Below are positions 31,705 through 46,279 of a stretch of 64,000 nt of DNA, piece by piece. The notes under the pieces are model-generated. The model was given only the letters and a program-made list of their open reading frames with translations. It ran no database searches and had not been told where the DNA came from. A program made the translations under genes and the position numbers. The DNA is from the human T2T-CHM13v2.0 reference genome, Homo sapiens: the NCBI RefSeq assembly GCF_009914755.1, contig NC_060936.1. One strand, 5' to 3'. Within the stretch, counting starts at the first letter, position 1; each line of letters starts with the position of its first letter.

Positions 31705-33139
31705 AACTGACATTCCTTCTTTGCATGGAAAGCTAAGATCACTTAAAAAATAAAGAATAAGGCCATCAGACAAAAAGCTAACTCACATATTTGAAAAGCT
31801 GGGGACCAAACTGGTTTCTTGTCTTGCAAAAACACCAAGAGTTCATCCCAAAATTCAAATACTCTTGACTGAAAAGGTCAGTTTGAAGACCAATGTACAC
31901 CCTAGCATCTGATAACAGCTGATCAGCTAACTCCCAAACTACAGTATCTAATTTTTTAGAAACCTCAAATGTAATGAATTAGTGTTTAATAATAAATTCA
32001 CACTTTTAGTGTACTATACTGTGAATTCAGCTGATATAGCAAGAACACTGTTTAGTTCAGCTGGCAAAGCAAGACTTTCTCAATGAAAGAAGCAGGACAC
32101 CGATTTACATTCTGGTACAAGCTTCAGTATGTTTTTCTTATTACTGTGCCTGCATAATTAGAATATATTCCTATAAAAGTAAAGCAAAACTCCAAACCAC
32201 ATTTGTTGATACTGTAACCCTTTGCAAGTGTTATATAGTTCAGAGCAAGCTGTATGTCAGCAATGAAGCTGAAAAATAAATTGTTACTTCCTATGTTAGC
32301 AAAACCAATGTGTTCATCAAATTGTAACAAAAATTCCTTTGCAGGATCTTATTTGTCTGAGAGTTAGTCTTCGTATCACTGTCCTGTCCCTAAACACATC
32401 AAGCTATCATGGTGTTGCTGGAAAGTGGTATGTGAACTATCTTCTTTACTACAGATTCATCCAACATTTCCAAGCAAACATGTTTTGTCTTGTCATTTGT
32501 ATGCAGTTTTTTTTAATGTTAGCAACCTCAAGTCAGACTATCAGAAACCCCAAAAATACTAGTGATCACATGTGAAATCCTGAACATCTGCTCCGGTCAT
32601 CTTTGTAATATTCTTTCAAATAATGAATTTGGTTTTGAACATATTTGATGAATTCATTTTGTACATGTCATGCCTGCAACTACCAATTAAATTTTGATCA
32701 TTTTATATTGTTTAAATAGCCAGTGTATCTCCAAACAACCCACTTTGGTTTTGGTTTTAGCACTTCGCCCATCAATTATGGCTAAAAACTAAACATAGGA
32801 CACATAATACTTTCCAAGAAAACTAGTACAAATTCTTTTGATCTGTATCTCTTTGAAATTACTTCCATTGTCATCATTTGGTTTACTACTGCTATCGCAC
32901 TCAAAAAAGTGTATCTTTGCTTGTCAAAAAAGTCCAGTAAAGTTTGTTTTGTCATCAGTAAATCTGACTTATAAATAATACAAATTTTGCTTCCAGGATT
33001 TAAATAATACTTGTAAAACATAAAATTCTAAAGAATGAAAAAGATTTTTACATTTTAAAATTACTATATATTTTTAAATTATTTATGGGACGAGAAGAAG
33101 TGTGATTAAAATTAACGAGATTTTAAAAATAAATGCTTT

Positions 33140-33877
33140 GCTTTTTTGGGGGGGCGGGGGGAGATAGGGTCTTGCACTGTCACCCAGGCTGATGTACAGA
33201 GGTGCCACCATGGCTCACTGCAGCCTTGAAACCTCAAAACTCCTAGGCTCAAGTGATCCTTCCACCTTAGCCTACCAAGTAGCTGGGACTACAGGCATAT
33301 GCCACCACCATACCTGGCTTTTTTTTTTTTTTTTTTTTTTGTAGAGACGTGTCTTACTATGTTGACCAGGCTGGTCTCAAACTCCTGGCTTCAAGCTATC
33401 CTCCTGCCTTGGTCTTGGGATTACAGGCATAAGCCAGCCACATTTTACTTAATTCTTACACATTTTTGGGTTACAAATGACTAACTTCAAAATATCACAC
33501 ATTGTAACAGCCCTGCTGGGCATGATTAGCATGCAACTTGCCACGGCACTTGAACTACTCTATATCCTGTTCGCAGAGTAATCCACTGATCATGCACTTG
33601 GATGTGATGATGACAAGTCAAAATGCAATTCAAGTTTCTAAATGCTTATTCTCAAGTTCTTTTCTTGTCTTGGATTGACAACAAACAGTTCAAGGACTAC
33701 ACTTTGGGTATCACTATGTTAGAGAAGGTTGAAACGTAAAAAGAAGGACAAGAATGTGCAAAAACCTATAAATTGTGGCCCATTTGAGAAACAGAAAACT
33801 CCAATATGGCTAAAGCATGGAGTGTAAACATAAGAGTAATAAAATATGAGGCTGAAAAAGCAAGCAGGAAACCTGAA

Positions 33878-33908
<31 letters not shown>

Positions 33909-34174
33909 GACAGGTTCTCACTCTGTGGCCCAGGCTGGAGTGCAGTGGACAATCATAGCTCACTGTAAATTCAAATTCCTGGGCCCAAGCAATCCTCCCC
34001 TCAGCCTCTGGAGTAGCTACATGTGCGACCATGCCCGCTAATTTATCTTAATTTTTTAGAAGTTAGGTCTTGCTATGTTGCCCAGGCCGGTCCTGAAGTC
34101 CTGGCCTCAAGCGATCTTCCTGCGTCAGCCACCCAAAGTGCTTGGAGTAGAAGTCTGAGCTACCACGCCTGGCC
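33140..34174 (-). mobile_element. Two AluJ-like elements (~33140-33440, ~33878-34174)
   Basis: Alu sequence. Confidence 0.9.
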
Positions 34175-35019
34175 CTGAAAGCTATTTTATGGAAGAATTT
34201 AAACTAAAGATCTCCAAATATTATTCATAATTACATACCCATGTTGGTATCTATGTTTACTTATCTACCATTTTTATAGGATTTACAATATGACAATATA
34301 AAATAATCGTCTGTATCCCAAAAATAGAGCATAAGAAAAAGACTAAAATTTGTTTTATTTATGGTACAAAAGTTTGTTCTCACAAATATTTTAAATAAAA
34401 TATTGAATATGCTTCATTATTTCTGAAGATCTTAACACCGTGTGATACAGAGATTCAAAGATCTAGTTCTAACATCAGTTTGAATATTTGATTTTTAATG
34501 GCTATCAAAGCAGAAAGGGATGCCTTACAAAAAAATGAGAATTTTTTAAAAAGTTTCACTTAAAACCTCAAAATCAGCGTAATTTTTCTTAATTCATGAG
34601 AACAGATTTGATTTTGTATATCTTACCAGCTGAACAACAATGTGATCTTATTTGCAGTTAAACACTTGATTTTCTCCACAAATTCCCTAATCCCAGACTT
34701 ACATATTTTGTAATAGTTAAACTAGATAACTCATAAATCCGCATAGATGGACATTCAAATTATAGTATTGTGCAACATGCAGAAAGTGAACAAAGCATGC
34801 TTCCCTCAGGACACCTTTAGTACCAAATGACCATCTGACACATAGAGCAAAGAAGGAATGACTAAATAACTATTACACAGTAGTAGCTTTTAAATATTAA
34901 TGCCTTAGTGTTTTTCAAATAAAAAGGTAAATATGAATAAAAGTTCCAATATTTTCCTCCTGCACCCTAGCAGATTATCTTATATATCACCCCCCTTTGG
35001 AGACCACTGATTCAGACTC

Positions 35020-35620
35020 CATTTAAAGGTAATGGTAAGCCATTAAAGCAGAGAAAGTAACAGTATCATTTTTATAAAATATATTGGGAGATGAGCTAAA
35101 CGGAGACAGGGAGGCCAGTGTGGAGGCTATTGTAATCACCTATGTAAGAGATGATGGTGTCCTAGATTGGTGTGATGGCAATGAGATACTCAGAAGATAA
35201 ACTCAACAAGGCTTGGTGAATGAATGGATAAGGGCAAGATGGGAAAAAAAAATAAGTGTCATAAATAATGTCCAGGCTACTGACTTCAGCAAAAGTAGAT
35301 GCTGATGTCAACTACTGAAATCCATCAGGTTTCACAAGTTTACTTTTGAAAATGCTTAGTTTAGTTTGCTTAGCAGATATTTAATAGCTGTTGATTATAC
35401 AGGTATGGAGCTACAGGCATATGCCACCATACCTGGCTAATTTTTTTTTTTTTTTTTTTGTAGAGACGTGTCACTATGTTGACCAGGCTGGTCTCAAACT
35501 CCTGGCTTCTGGATCTGGAGTCATCAGCATTATGTATAGATAATAAGTGAAGTCATCGGAGTGAATGAAATTTCTACCACAAATACACAAAACGAAAAGA
35601 GAATAAAGTCTAAGATTAAC
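35020..35620. mobile_element. L2 remnant containing a 99-bp Alu fragment (35411-35509)
   Basis: GGAGGCTATTGTAATC...GAGATGATGG...GGAGTCATCAGCAT L2 motifs. Confidence 0.7.
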
Positions 35621-35629
35621 AGCTGAGTA

Positions 35630-35941
35630 GGCTGAGCACAGTGGCTCTCACCTGTAATCTCAGCACTTTGGGGGGCCAAGGCAGGAGGACTGCTTAGGTC
35701 CAGGAGTTCAAGACCAGTCTGGACAACATAATGAGACTCTGTCTCTATAAAATTAAAAAAATAAAAAATTAGTCAGGCATGGTGGCATGTTCCTGGAGTC
35801 CCAAGCACTTGGGACTTGGGAGGCTGTGGTAGGAGGATTGCTTGAGCCCAAGAGGTTGAGGCTGCAGTGAGCGATTACGCCACTGCACTCAGCCTGGGTG
35901 ACATGGTGAAACCCTGTAAAAAGAAACAAAAACAAAAAAAA
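35630..35941 (+). mobile_element. Alu (AluJ-like)
   Basis: Alu sequence. Confidence 0.92.
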
Positions 35942-36279
35942 TTGAGTAATACCAATACATGAAGAAGAGATACAGGAAAGAAACAACTACAAATAAGACT
36001 GGGAAATACCAGCAAAGTGGTAAAAAGAAAATCAACAGAGGAAGGTATCACTAAAGCCATACCATATTATAGAAGACCATTAGAAGCATTTTAAAGGACC
36101 CATTTTTCACAAAAAAAAAGAAGTCCAACTTTCTGCATCCATCCATGACTTTTTAGGTAGAAACTATAATGCTGACAGCTACAAACAAACCATCCAGAAA
36201 TATGGATGTCCGTTAGTAATCGTGTATTTGCTTGATGAACATGTTTAAAACAATATTTCAAAAAAGTTTAACTTATTAA

Positions 36280-36714
<435 letters not shown>

Positions 36715-38254
36715 TAGGGAATACTGTCATAATTGTGAAGAATTGTGTTACTTGATCTTATTGCCAAATTTAGCCATTTAACCTATTTTGAAAGCCAGAT
36801 ATGCACAGTGCAAAATACTCAGAATAAAAGATTGTTCATTAACTCCAAAAAGTTTTTAACATTTTACTTAGGAATGTTAACATAAATCTCTAATACGATC
36901 CAAAAAGAATCCTCCCTCCACTCTTAGCTACAAAGACATGAACTATAATGCTCAGAAAAGGGAAAAGAAACAGTATCATCAAAGATAAATGCCACCCCTT
37001 ACTGGAAGTTTTCCCCCTCTGGGAATTTTCGCATCTTATGTAGAAACACCAGGGGGTGTTGTGTTGGGGAAAATTACACTATTATTCTAAAACTATCATG
37101 AGAATGAGATTGGCAGCATTAAGAGATTATAGCTAGAGGAATTTTCCACTAAAATAGACATTATAAAGCTTAGCAATGAGAAGAAATACAAGACTCAAGG
37201 GTAAATCCTACTTTTAGAATAAGTATCAAATATTCAGAAGTACAGGATATATTCTGAAATTCCCAAATAACCAACAACTACTTAACTGGCTTCCATCCTT
37301 TTAGTATCTTTCACTGCCCCATTCTCTTCACCCTCCAACACTCCCACTCCTCGTAACAGCTCCTTGCTCTGTGTAGGGTTTATCTCTCTTCCTTTAAATA
37401 CAAACATACACATAAGCACATACACCAACAACTAAAAATCAAAATCAACTCCCATTATATTAAACTCTCATAACTCTTTATTAAAATTGATACATATTTA
37501 TTATAGAAAACAGAAAATACAAATGAGTGTCATCAGTAATTCCACTAACCCAGAGATAATGTCCATTAACATTTTATAACATATTAGTAAATGTTTAGCC
37601 TTCTGGATCAGATTCCTTTTAAAAATCTTATGAAAAATATATATCTCCTCCCAGAAAAATAAACATTATCTTCTTTTACAAAGAATTCTGGCAGTTTATC
37701 ACATGAATAGTTCTCAGATAATATTTTATATATACTTTTTGTATCATACTTTTTTGTAATATGTTCTCTCCTCCATTTTACATAAACAGGTAATAATTTT
37801 CTTATGTAATTATTTTTCTATAGCATCATTTTAATGGCTGCATTATAACTGTTTATAGCAATATATTATAGTTTTTAATCTATCTCGTTAAAAATTTAAG
37901 TTGTTGCAGTTAGGGAATATCATACATATTCATTTCTGGTATATTAAATATAGTGAATTATCCTAAAGAGATCAAATATATCTGGCTGCTCAAATTTCAC
38001 CACCTGAGAGCTAGACAAGTCCAGAAAACACTCTCCAAATATAGTTTATTATATACAGTAGAAACAGCTAAAATTATACATTCCTCATTATCATCTTAAC
38101 ATGGGTGTCCTAAACAGCCAGGCATAGTACCCTGCACCTTTGAACTATTCAATATTTGACATATAATGTGTGTATATACAGATACATTCTTTTTTTTTTA
38201 AAAAAAAAGCCTTCAACTAAGCAATATGAAAAATTTCTGTGTAGTAAGAATAGG

Positions 38255-39033
38255 GGTCACACAAAAACTTGTACATGAATGTTCACAGCGTATTGCCTAT
38301 TATATGTATAATATTTCATATAGGCAAAAAGTGTAAAGAATCTAACATTATGTTACTCCAAATGGTAAAACATAATATAGTATATCCTGCAAACTTCAAT
38401 ATGGAATCATCTTGAAAAAATTATGCTTAGCAAATGACGAGACACAAAAAGCCACATGCTTGGCCAGGTGCAGTGGCTCACGCCTGTAATCCCAGCACTT
38501 TGGGAGGCCAAGGCAGCCAGATCACTTGAGGCCAGGATTTCAAGATCAGCCTGGCCAACATGGTGAAACCCTATCTCTACTAAAAATACAAAAATTGGCT
38601 GGGTGGGGTGGTGCATACCTGTAGTCCCAGCTGCTTGGGAGGCTGAGGGACAAGAATCACTTGAACCCACAACGCGGGGGTTGCAGTGAGCCGAGATTGC
38701 ACCACTGCACACTAACCTGGGCAACAGAGTGAGACTCTGCCTAAAAACAAACAAACAAACAAAAAAACCCAAGAAAGCCATATACTATATGATTCCATTT
38801 ATCTGAAATATCCAACATAGACAAATCTATAAGGACAGAAAACATATTACTGGTTGCTGGGGGACCTAGGGGCAGAGGAAGAATGGATATGAACGGTATG
38901 AAGTTTCCTTCAGGGTAGAACAATTTTGGAACTAGACAGCAGTGATGGTAGTAAACACTGTGAATGCCCTAAAAATGCTGAACTGTACACCTTAAAAGAG
39001 TGAATTTTTATGGCATTTGAATTACATCTTAAT
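38255..39033 (+). mobile_element. L1MB-type 3' end with nested Alu (38462-38768, +)
   Basis: TATGATTCCATTTAT...GTGATGG...GAACTGTACAC...GAATTACATCTTAATAA. Confidence 0.8.
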
Positions 39034-39812
39034 AACAGGGAACAGTAAGATCAGTTTAGTGGTTAATTTCCAAATAAATGCACAAAATGCACTTAAAATG
39101 ACACCAAATACTATAACATGGTTTATCTTTCATTATAATGAAGAAACTCTAGATGTTGTTAGACTTCATAATTCAGAACAAGTTATTTTCTGACATTGTA
39201 CTACAGCTAAAACAAAGTAAAGATCTGAGTGGATTTGTGAAATCTAGAGCCATATATCTAGAAGTTACTTTTCGGGAAAAAATAAAATAAAACCCTATGT
39301 TCGAAAAAAATCTAGTTACTGGTACCATCCAGTCATTTGGAGTTTAAATAAGCTAATCAAACTACCACACTGTATCTATTTCCTACCCATGCTAGGCAAA
39401 TTAACATTACTACCATGAGGTAATGCAACATATGCTGACACAATCTGCAAATTATTACTTGTTTAATCATACAAGTCATTAAACTTCACTGTGCCTCAGT
39501 TTACTCATTTGTAAAATAATAATAAAAGCATCTCCCTAGGACTATCAAGGAATTAACTAAATGGAAAGTACTTTGAATAGTACCTGGTACACACTAATAT
39601 TATATAAATATTAATAATATTTATGACCTAGAAAAGTTCAGAAATTCACCAGTCCACAAAATGTACAAGAATCCCAATTTATTTTAAATAATCATTTTAT
39701 GACTTTCATGTACTGTTTTCAAATCTATTAACTAGAAAGGTCACTGCTATTGCATGCCTGACAGCATTGGGTAAAATATAGAACATATCCTAATATAGAA
39801 ATAATAGATCTT

Positions 39813-40735
<923 letters not shown>

Positions 40736-40904
40736 TCATAAAGTTCCATCTAGGAAAAAAAGTTAACATTGTTGTGTTGCAACATCTTAAATCTTGAATG
40801 AAAACTATGTTTCTAAATAAATTATTCATCTCTAAACTTGAACCGGTTCTAGTCGGTTTCTTATGAAAGAGCTTGAGAATGAGGTTGAGAACTAAAGTTC
40901 TTAA

Positions 40905-41248
40905 CTGGCCATCCCCAACCTTTTTGGCAACAGGGAACAGTTTCATAGAAGACAATTTTTCCAAGGACCAGGGGGATGGCAGGGAGGATGGTTTCGGGAT
41001 GAAACTGTTCCACCTCAGATCATCAGGCATTAGATTCTCATAAAGGAGCATGTAACCTAGGTCCCTCGCATGAACAGTTCACAATAGGGTTCGCGCGCTC
41101 CTATGAGAATCTAATGCCGTTGCTGATCTGGCAGGAAGCAAAGCTCAGGCAGTAATGCTCACTGACTGCTCACCTCCTGCTGTGTGGACTGGCTCCTAAC
41201 AGGCCACAGACAGGTAGCAGTCCACACCCTGAGGGGTGGGGACCCCTG
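40905..41248. mobile_element. MER1B-like hAT-Charlie MITE
   Basis: TCCCCAACCTTTTTGGC...GAAACTGTTCCACCTCAGATCATCAGGCATTAG...GGGGACCCCTG. Confidence 0.9.
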
Positions 41249-41432
41249 GCTTAAAGTATTCACAGTGTCTCAAATTAAATGCATTTATGTTATGTAGAAG
41301 TCTTATCATTTAAACAATGGCAAAGATTTAGTTTACTGAACCATCTACCCAGAGTTAGTTCTGCTATAATACAATATTAAGTGTTTCTAAAATCACTGTG
41401 TTATGCAAAAATCACTCAATAAAAACATGGTG

Positions 41433-41750
41433 GGCCAGGCATGGTGGCTCATGACTGTAATCCCAGCACTTTGGGAGGCTGAGGTGGGTGAACTACTTGA
41501 GATCAGGAGTTTGAGACCAGTCTGGCCAACATGGCAAAACCCCACCTCTACTAAAAATACAAAAGTTAGCCAGGCATGGTGGCAGGTGCCTTTAATCCCA
41601 GCTACTTGGGAGGCTGTGGCAGGAGAATCACTTGAGCTCAGGAGGTAAAGGTTGCTTCAGCCCAGGAGGTAAAGGATACAATGAGCCAAGATCATGCTAC
41701 TGCACTCCAGCCTGGGTGACAGGAGTGAGACTCCACCTCAAAAAAACAAA
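41433..41750 (+). mobile_element. Alu with small internal tandem duplication (CAGGAGGTAAAGG x2)
   Basis: Alu sequence; duplication at ~41630-41676. Confidence 0.92.
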
Positions 41751-42035
41751 AGGAGGGGGGCAATTATACAGAAAATGGGGTTGGAGGACAATGTTCTAAA
41801 ACTTCATCTGTGACACATTATAAAATACAGTAGCCTAATATAAAGTGGTAGTACAGTTTTACAGGTTACAACAGCTAAGAAATAAATAAATACAGCATTT
41901 TATCTTGAAAAAGTAGTGAGGTTTCCTTATAGAAGCTGGTTGGCAGCAGAAGGGTTGCAGCTTGTGGGTTAATACGAAATGTGAGAAAGAAGATATCTGA
42001 AATTAGACTGGAAGTTGTAACATCACATATGGAAG

Positions 42036-42836
42036 TGATAGGGACAGGAGGCAGGAAAATTCTGGGCAGAAGAGGGTGGTCCTGGTGAGGGTCCCACCCT
42101 CAATCCTTGAACTGTGGCCCAAAGTGAGAACATGCATCCCTGTTTTCCTGCTTGAATGTTGCCTTTTCCAAAACCACCCATGGCCCGTCCTGCTCCCCAT
42201 CCTGTGCCCATAAAAACCTCAGGCTCTGCCACCACAGAGAGGAGAGGAAGAGAAGAGGAGAAGCAGTTTGACTTCAGAGTAATGGCTTGACAATGCTGCA
42301 CCAGGGAAAGATTATCTTCCCACTCTATCCCCTTTCCAGCTCCCCTTTCATTGGCAATATAATCCTCCATATTCACCACCCTTCAATTCGTTCATGTGAC
42401 CTGATTTTTCCTGGACACTGAATGGGTGCAAACGCTAAAGGCTGTCATACTGACCCTCTGCTCTCACTAGCAGAGAGCAACTGCCTCACAAGAAAAGGCA
42501 GAGGACCCACTGAACTGTTTAACACTTAAGCCGTCCATGGATGGCAAAGCTAAAAGAGCACTAACTATAACACTTCTTCTGGGACTTCAGGGGTAGTGGG
42601 CATCCCCCTAGATACTGCCATGGGGACAGTACAGAATTCATTCCTGCCAGGGTCCAAAAGCGCTCACCCTGGCTCTTGCACCTGCTCACCTGTGCTCCCC
42701 CTCCCACGAGGGGTAGAATGCAGTGGGTTCGAGTGAGTGGAATTTGCCCCTGCCACACCAAAGTGCCTGGCTAGGTCCAGCACCTGTGCACTCCAGTTCC
42801 TGCCTGCAAAGGGGCCAGGGAAACTTTTCTGCTTCA
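42036..42836 (+). mobile_element. ERV1 solo LTR (MER50-like), antisense to PAWR
   Basis: TGATAGGGACAGGAGGCAG...CTGCTTCA; 4-bp TSD GAAG (42032-42035, 42837-42840). Confidence 0.85.
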
Positions 42837-43313
42837 GAAGCAAAGCTGTAGCTCATACTGAGGTACCTGGTAGATGTTTGCCAGGAATGCCTGAGAACCT
42901 TCTGTGTATTCCTATGCAGCTTGGTTGAGCTGGGTAAGGTTTTCAGCATTTACCTAGCATTTCTGGTGAACAAAACTGTATATAAGCAAAGGTAAAATTT
43001 GAGTTAGGGTCAAACTGTTCCCTAATGTACCAATTAGGACCAATTTGCATTTCGAAAGCAAGCATTATAGCAGAATTGACTTTGCAAGAAAATTCTGACC
43101 CTGAAGAAAAAGAATCATAGTCATGTTTTATTCAAATAAAGTAGACAGAAATTACGGGTTACCAAAGCAGTGACAGTGAGGATTTCTGGTATATTTATGC
43201 TACACTTCGTTTAAAAGGCAGAAATCACTCAGTTGATACTAGCCATTATTTAGAGAACTCAAAAGGTGAAGATACTCATGTTACATTAGGTGAGGAGTAA
43301 AATTACACATTGA

Positions 43314-43455
43314 GGCCAGGCACAGTGGCTCATGCCTCTAATCTCAGTACTTTGGGAGGCAGAGTTGGGAGGATCACTTGAGTTTGAGATCACCCTGGGC
43401 AACATAGAGAGATTCTGTCTCTACCAAAAATTAAAAAAAAAAAAAAGAAAAAGAA
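43314..43455 (+). mobile_element. Alu left monomer (FLAM-like)
   Basis: TSD AAATTACACATTGA. Confidence 0.88.
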
Positions 43456-43801
43456 AATTACACATTGAAAAAAAAAAACCCACAAATTGGTAACACTGAT
43501 CCATCTTTACTAAATCTTGAGTTTCAGAAATTACATAACCCTCACCTCCAAATAGTTCCCTACAGTTAAACACATTTTTATAAGGAAAACCGGGAATATG
43601 TAAGACACATTCCACGAAAGTCAATTCAAGTTTTAAAATACAGCATAATTAGACTGAGCACATAACAGACTCAAGGCTAAAAATGTACATTCTTATTTGT
43701 GAGAAAAATTAAGTATTTAATTCATAATTTATAAGAGCATACATTCAAATGAATCTTCTGGGTGTTTGAACCTCCTAATGACTTTCAGAGTTATTTCTAG
43801 C

Positions 43802-43968
43802 TATATAAAATTTATATATATATATTTATATAAATCTTATAGATATTTATATATAAATCTTATAGATATTTATATATAAAACTTATAGATATTTATATAT
43901 AAATCTTATACAGTATATATTATATATATTTATATATAATATATAATTTATATAAAATATATATAATT
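43802..43968. repeat. AT-rich minisatellite, ~4 x 23-bp unit ATATTTATATATAAATCTTATAG, in low-complexity TA DNA
   Basis: Direct reading. Confidence 0.9.
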
Positions 43969-45159
43969 TCTTGGAAGTTATTTGGTTTACTGAAAATATT
44001 TTCTATTTTCAGTTATATATATATAAAAAATAAGTTATTAGGTTTACTGAAAATATTTTCTTACATGTGATGCCAAATTTCTATCTTTTACTCTATTCTC
44101 CCTTTTCTTCATTCCCATTAGTCAGCAGACACCTTCACTAAGAAACATCTATTCTCTAGTCATTGCTATAACTTGCTGACAGATTAATGAAAATAACAAA
44201 CTGTTGATATAAAGTATAACACATTTCTACTAGATAAGAGATAATTTCATATACAGATTCTAGGTTTTGTGGCTTTTTAAGTTTTTGTCTTTTTTTCTCT
44301 TTTTAGATGGCATTAAAATGGAGCTCCAAACCAATAAAAAATGATGGGAAACTTTAAGATATTTATAACAATATTAAACAGGGGCAAATCTTTGAAAGCT
44401 GAAAAGTAAACCACATGCTCTAGGCTATGAGAATACAAGTAAGAAAAGTACAAACACATGGACATATCACAAGTAATGGTCTCAAAAGTTTCACAAAAAT
44501 TCACAGAGAATAAATTTGCCTTCTGATTTAACACAATGACATGTAAATAAAGCTTTTGATAGGATTTATAAAATTATTCCCCTCTTGATTCTAATTAAAG
44601 AACACAAATTTGAAAAGTGTCATTCGTACTTTAAGACTATTACTTGATAAGAACTAAATGTATAAGATCAATACAACAAACTTGATAAGTTGCCACAGTT
44701 TATCTTTAGTCTCCAAACCAAAAACTAATGCTAAAAATTTTTTGGTTTGAGAATGTGGTATGGGAACAGGCCACATCAAGGCTATTTCATAATTATTTCT
44801 GGAAAGAGAAAAAGGATTTTTTCCAGTTTAAACTATTAATGGCAAACGAAAGCAGGTTTCATTATACCTACATCAAAATTACCCAGAAATGAAAATAAAA
44901 GCAGTTAACAGTAGTAAATGTATTGAGTGTTTTCTCATGTGCCAGAAACTACTTCAGACTTAACTACTCTTCTGATTATCTTGGCCTTCTCATCTCTTTC
45001 TATTGCTAATAAATACTGTAGCCCATGACAAAAATTAAAATTTTTATATAATATTGGTTAATGAATGTTTTATTTTAGATGAAACAGCTGAAATATTTTA
45101 AACTCCAACATACAGATGAAAGTAAGTGTTTTACATGTATAAATCTAGGCAGATGGTCT

Positions 45160-45392
45160 TACATAGTTAATAAAAATGTGGGCTCCAGAGTCAGGCTGCC
45201 AGAGTTCAAATCCAGAATTTACTGTTGACTAGGTTTATAACCCCAGAAAAATTATTCTACTTATTTAACCTCACGTCTCTCATCTATAAAAGAGAAATAA
45301 ATATTATTCCTGCCTTATAAGATAATCATGAGAATTGAAAGAACTCTATGTAAAGCAATTTGGACACAGTAAGTACTCAATAATATTTATCA
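45160..45392 (+). mobile_element. MIR
   Basis: GGCTCCAGAGTCAG...GTTCAAATCC...CTCATCTATAAAA...CACAGTAAGTACTCAATAA. Confidence 0.8.
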
Positions 45393-45584
45393 TTCTAGGA
45401 TTATTAGCGCAAGTATGACCACATGCTTCTGCAACCTTTATGGCCTCAACAGGGAAGAAGGAAGTGAATATCCTAGACACCTCCACTGAAAAACTTCTTG
45501 TACCCAATTCTGATTTTCTTCCTATACATATACATACACAAACACATTCTCTGGTTAGAAGTGTTACTCATTGTGTACAGGTGG

Positions 45585-45942
45585 TGCAACGGACTGATCT
45601 GTGTCCTCCCAAAATTCATATGTTGAAGCCATAACCCTTAATGAGATGGAGCCCTTGGGAGATAATTGGGTTTAAATGAGGTCACAAGGATGAGACCCTC
45701 ATGATGCGATTAGTTCCTTTATAAAGAAGGGACCTCAGAAAGCTTACTTTCCCTCTTCCTCCCTCTTTCTCTCTGCCATGTGAGGACACAGTGAGAAAGT
45801 GGCTACCTATAAGGCAGGAAGAGAGTCCTCACCAGAACCTGACAATGGTGGACATGCAGCCTCCAGAAATGTGAGAAAATTAATTTCTGTTAAGTCACCA
45901 GTCTATAGTATTTTGTTATGGCACTCTGAGCTAACTAATACA
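45585..45942 (+). mobile_element. MLT1A-like MaLR LTR
   Basis: CCCAAAATTCATATGTTGAAG...TTTTGTTATGGCA...CTAATACA; TSD G(G/A)TGG. Confidence 0.85.
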
Positions 45943-46244
45943 GATGGGTCTACTTATATTTTCAATGTTTAAATACATGAGAAATAGCAATTCAAGGCAT
46001 TTATTTTGCAAAGTTCATCAGACCCATGCAAATTCACAGTGAGTTTTCAAAGACTTCGGCATGTCAGAATAAGCCATGGTCAGGCAGACATGATACTCCT
46101 GCTTACAATATAATTTATTTTTAAGAGCACAGTAGAAAAGTTTCTTACTTTTCAAAAAGCTGCTTTAAATAGTTCTAGTTAAGTCAATGTCAGACAGACA
46201 TTACATTCATGTCTACAATATGTTTAAGTCATAAGGATTCTTAC

Positions 46245-46279
46245 CTTTTATATCTGCCTGAAACTGTTCTAGGTGGCTC
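46245..46279 (-). CDS. PAWR: PAWR coding exon 4 (35 nt, phase 0-2): EPPRTVSGRYK(S)
   Basis: Acceptor ttactttgcag|GAG, donor AAG|gtaaga; bridges exons 3 and 5 in frame. Confidence 0.95.
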
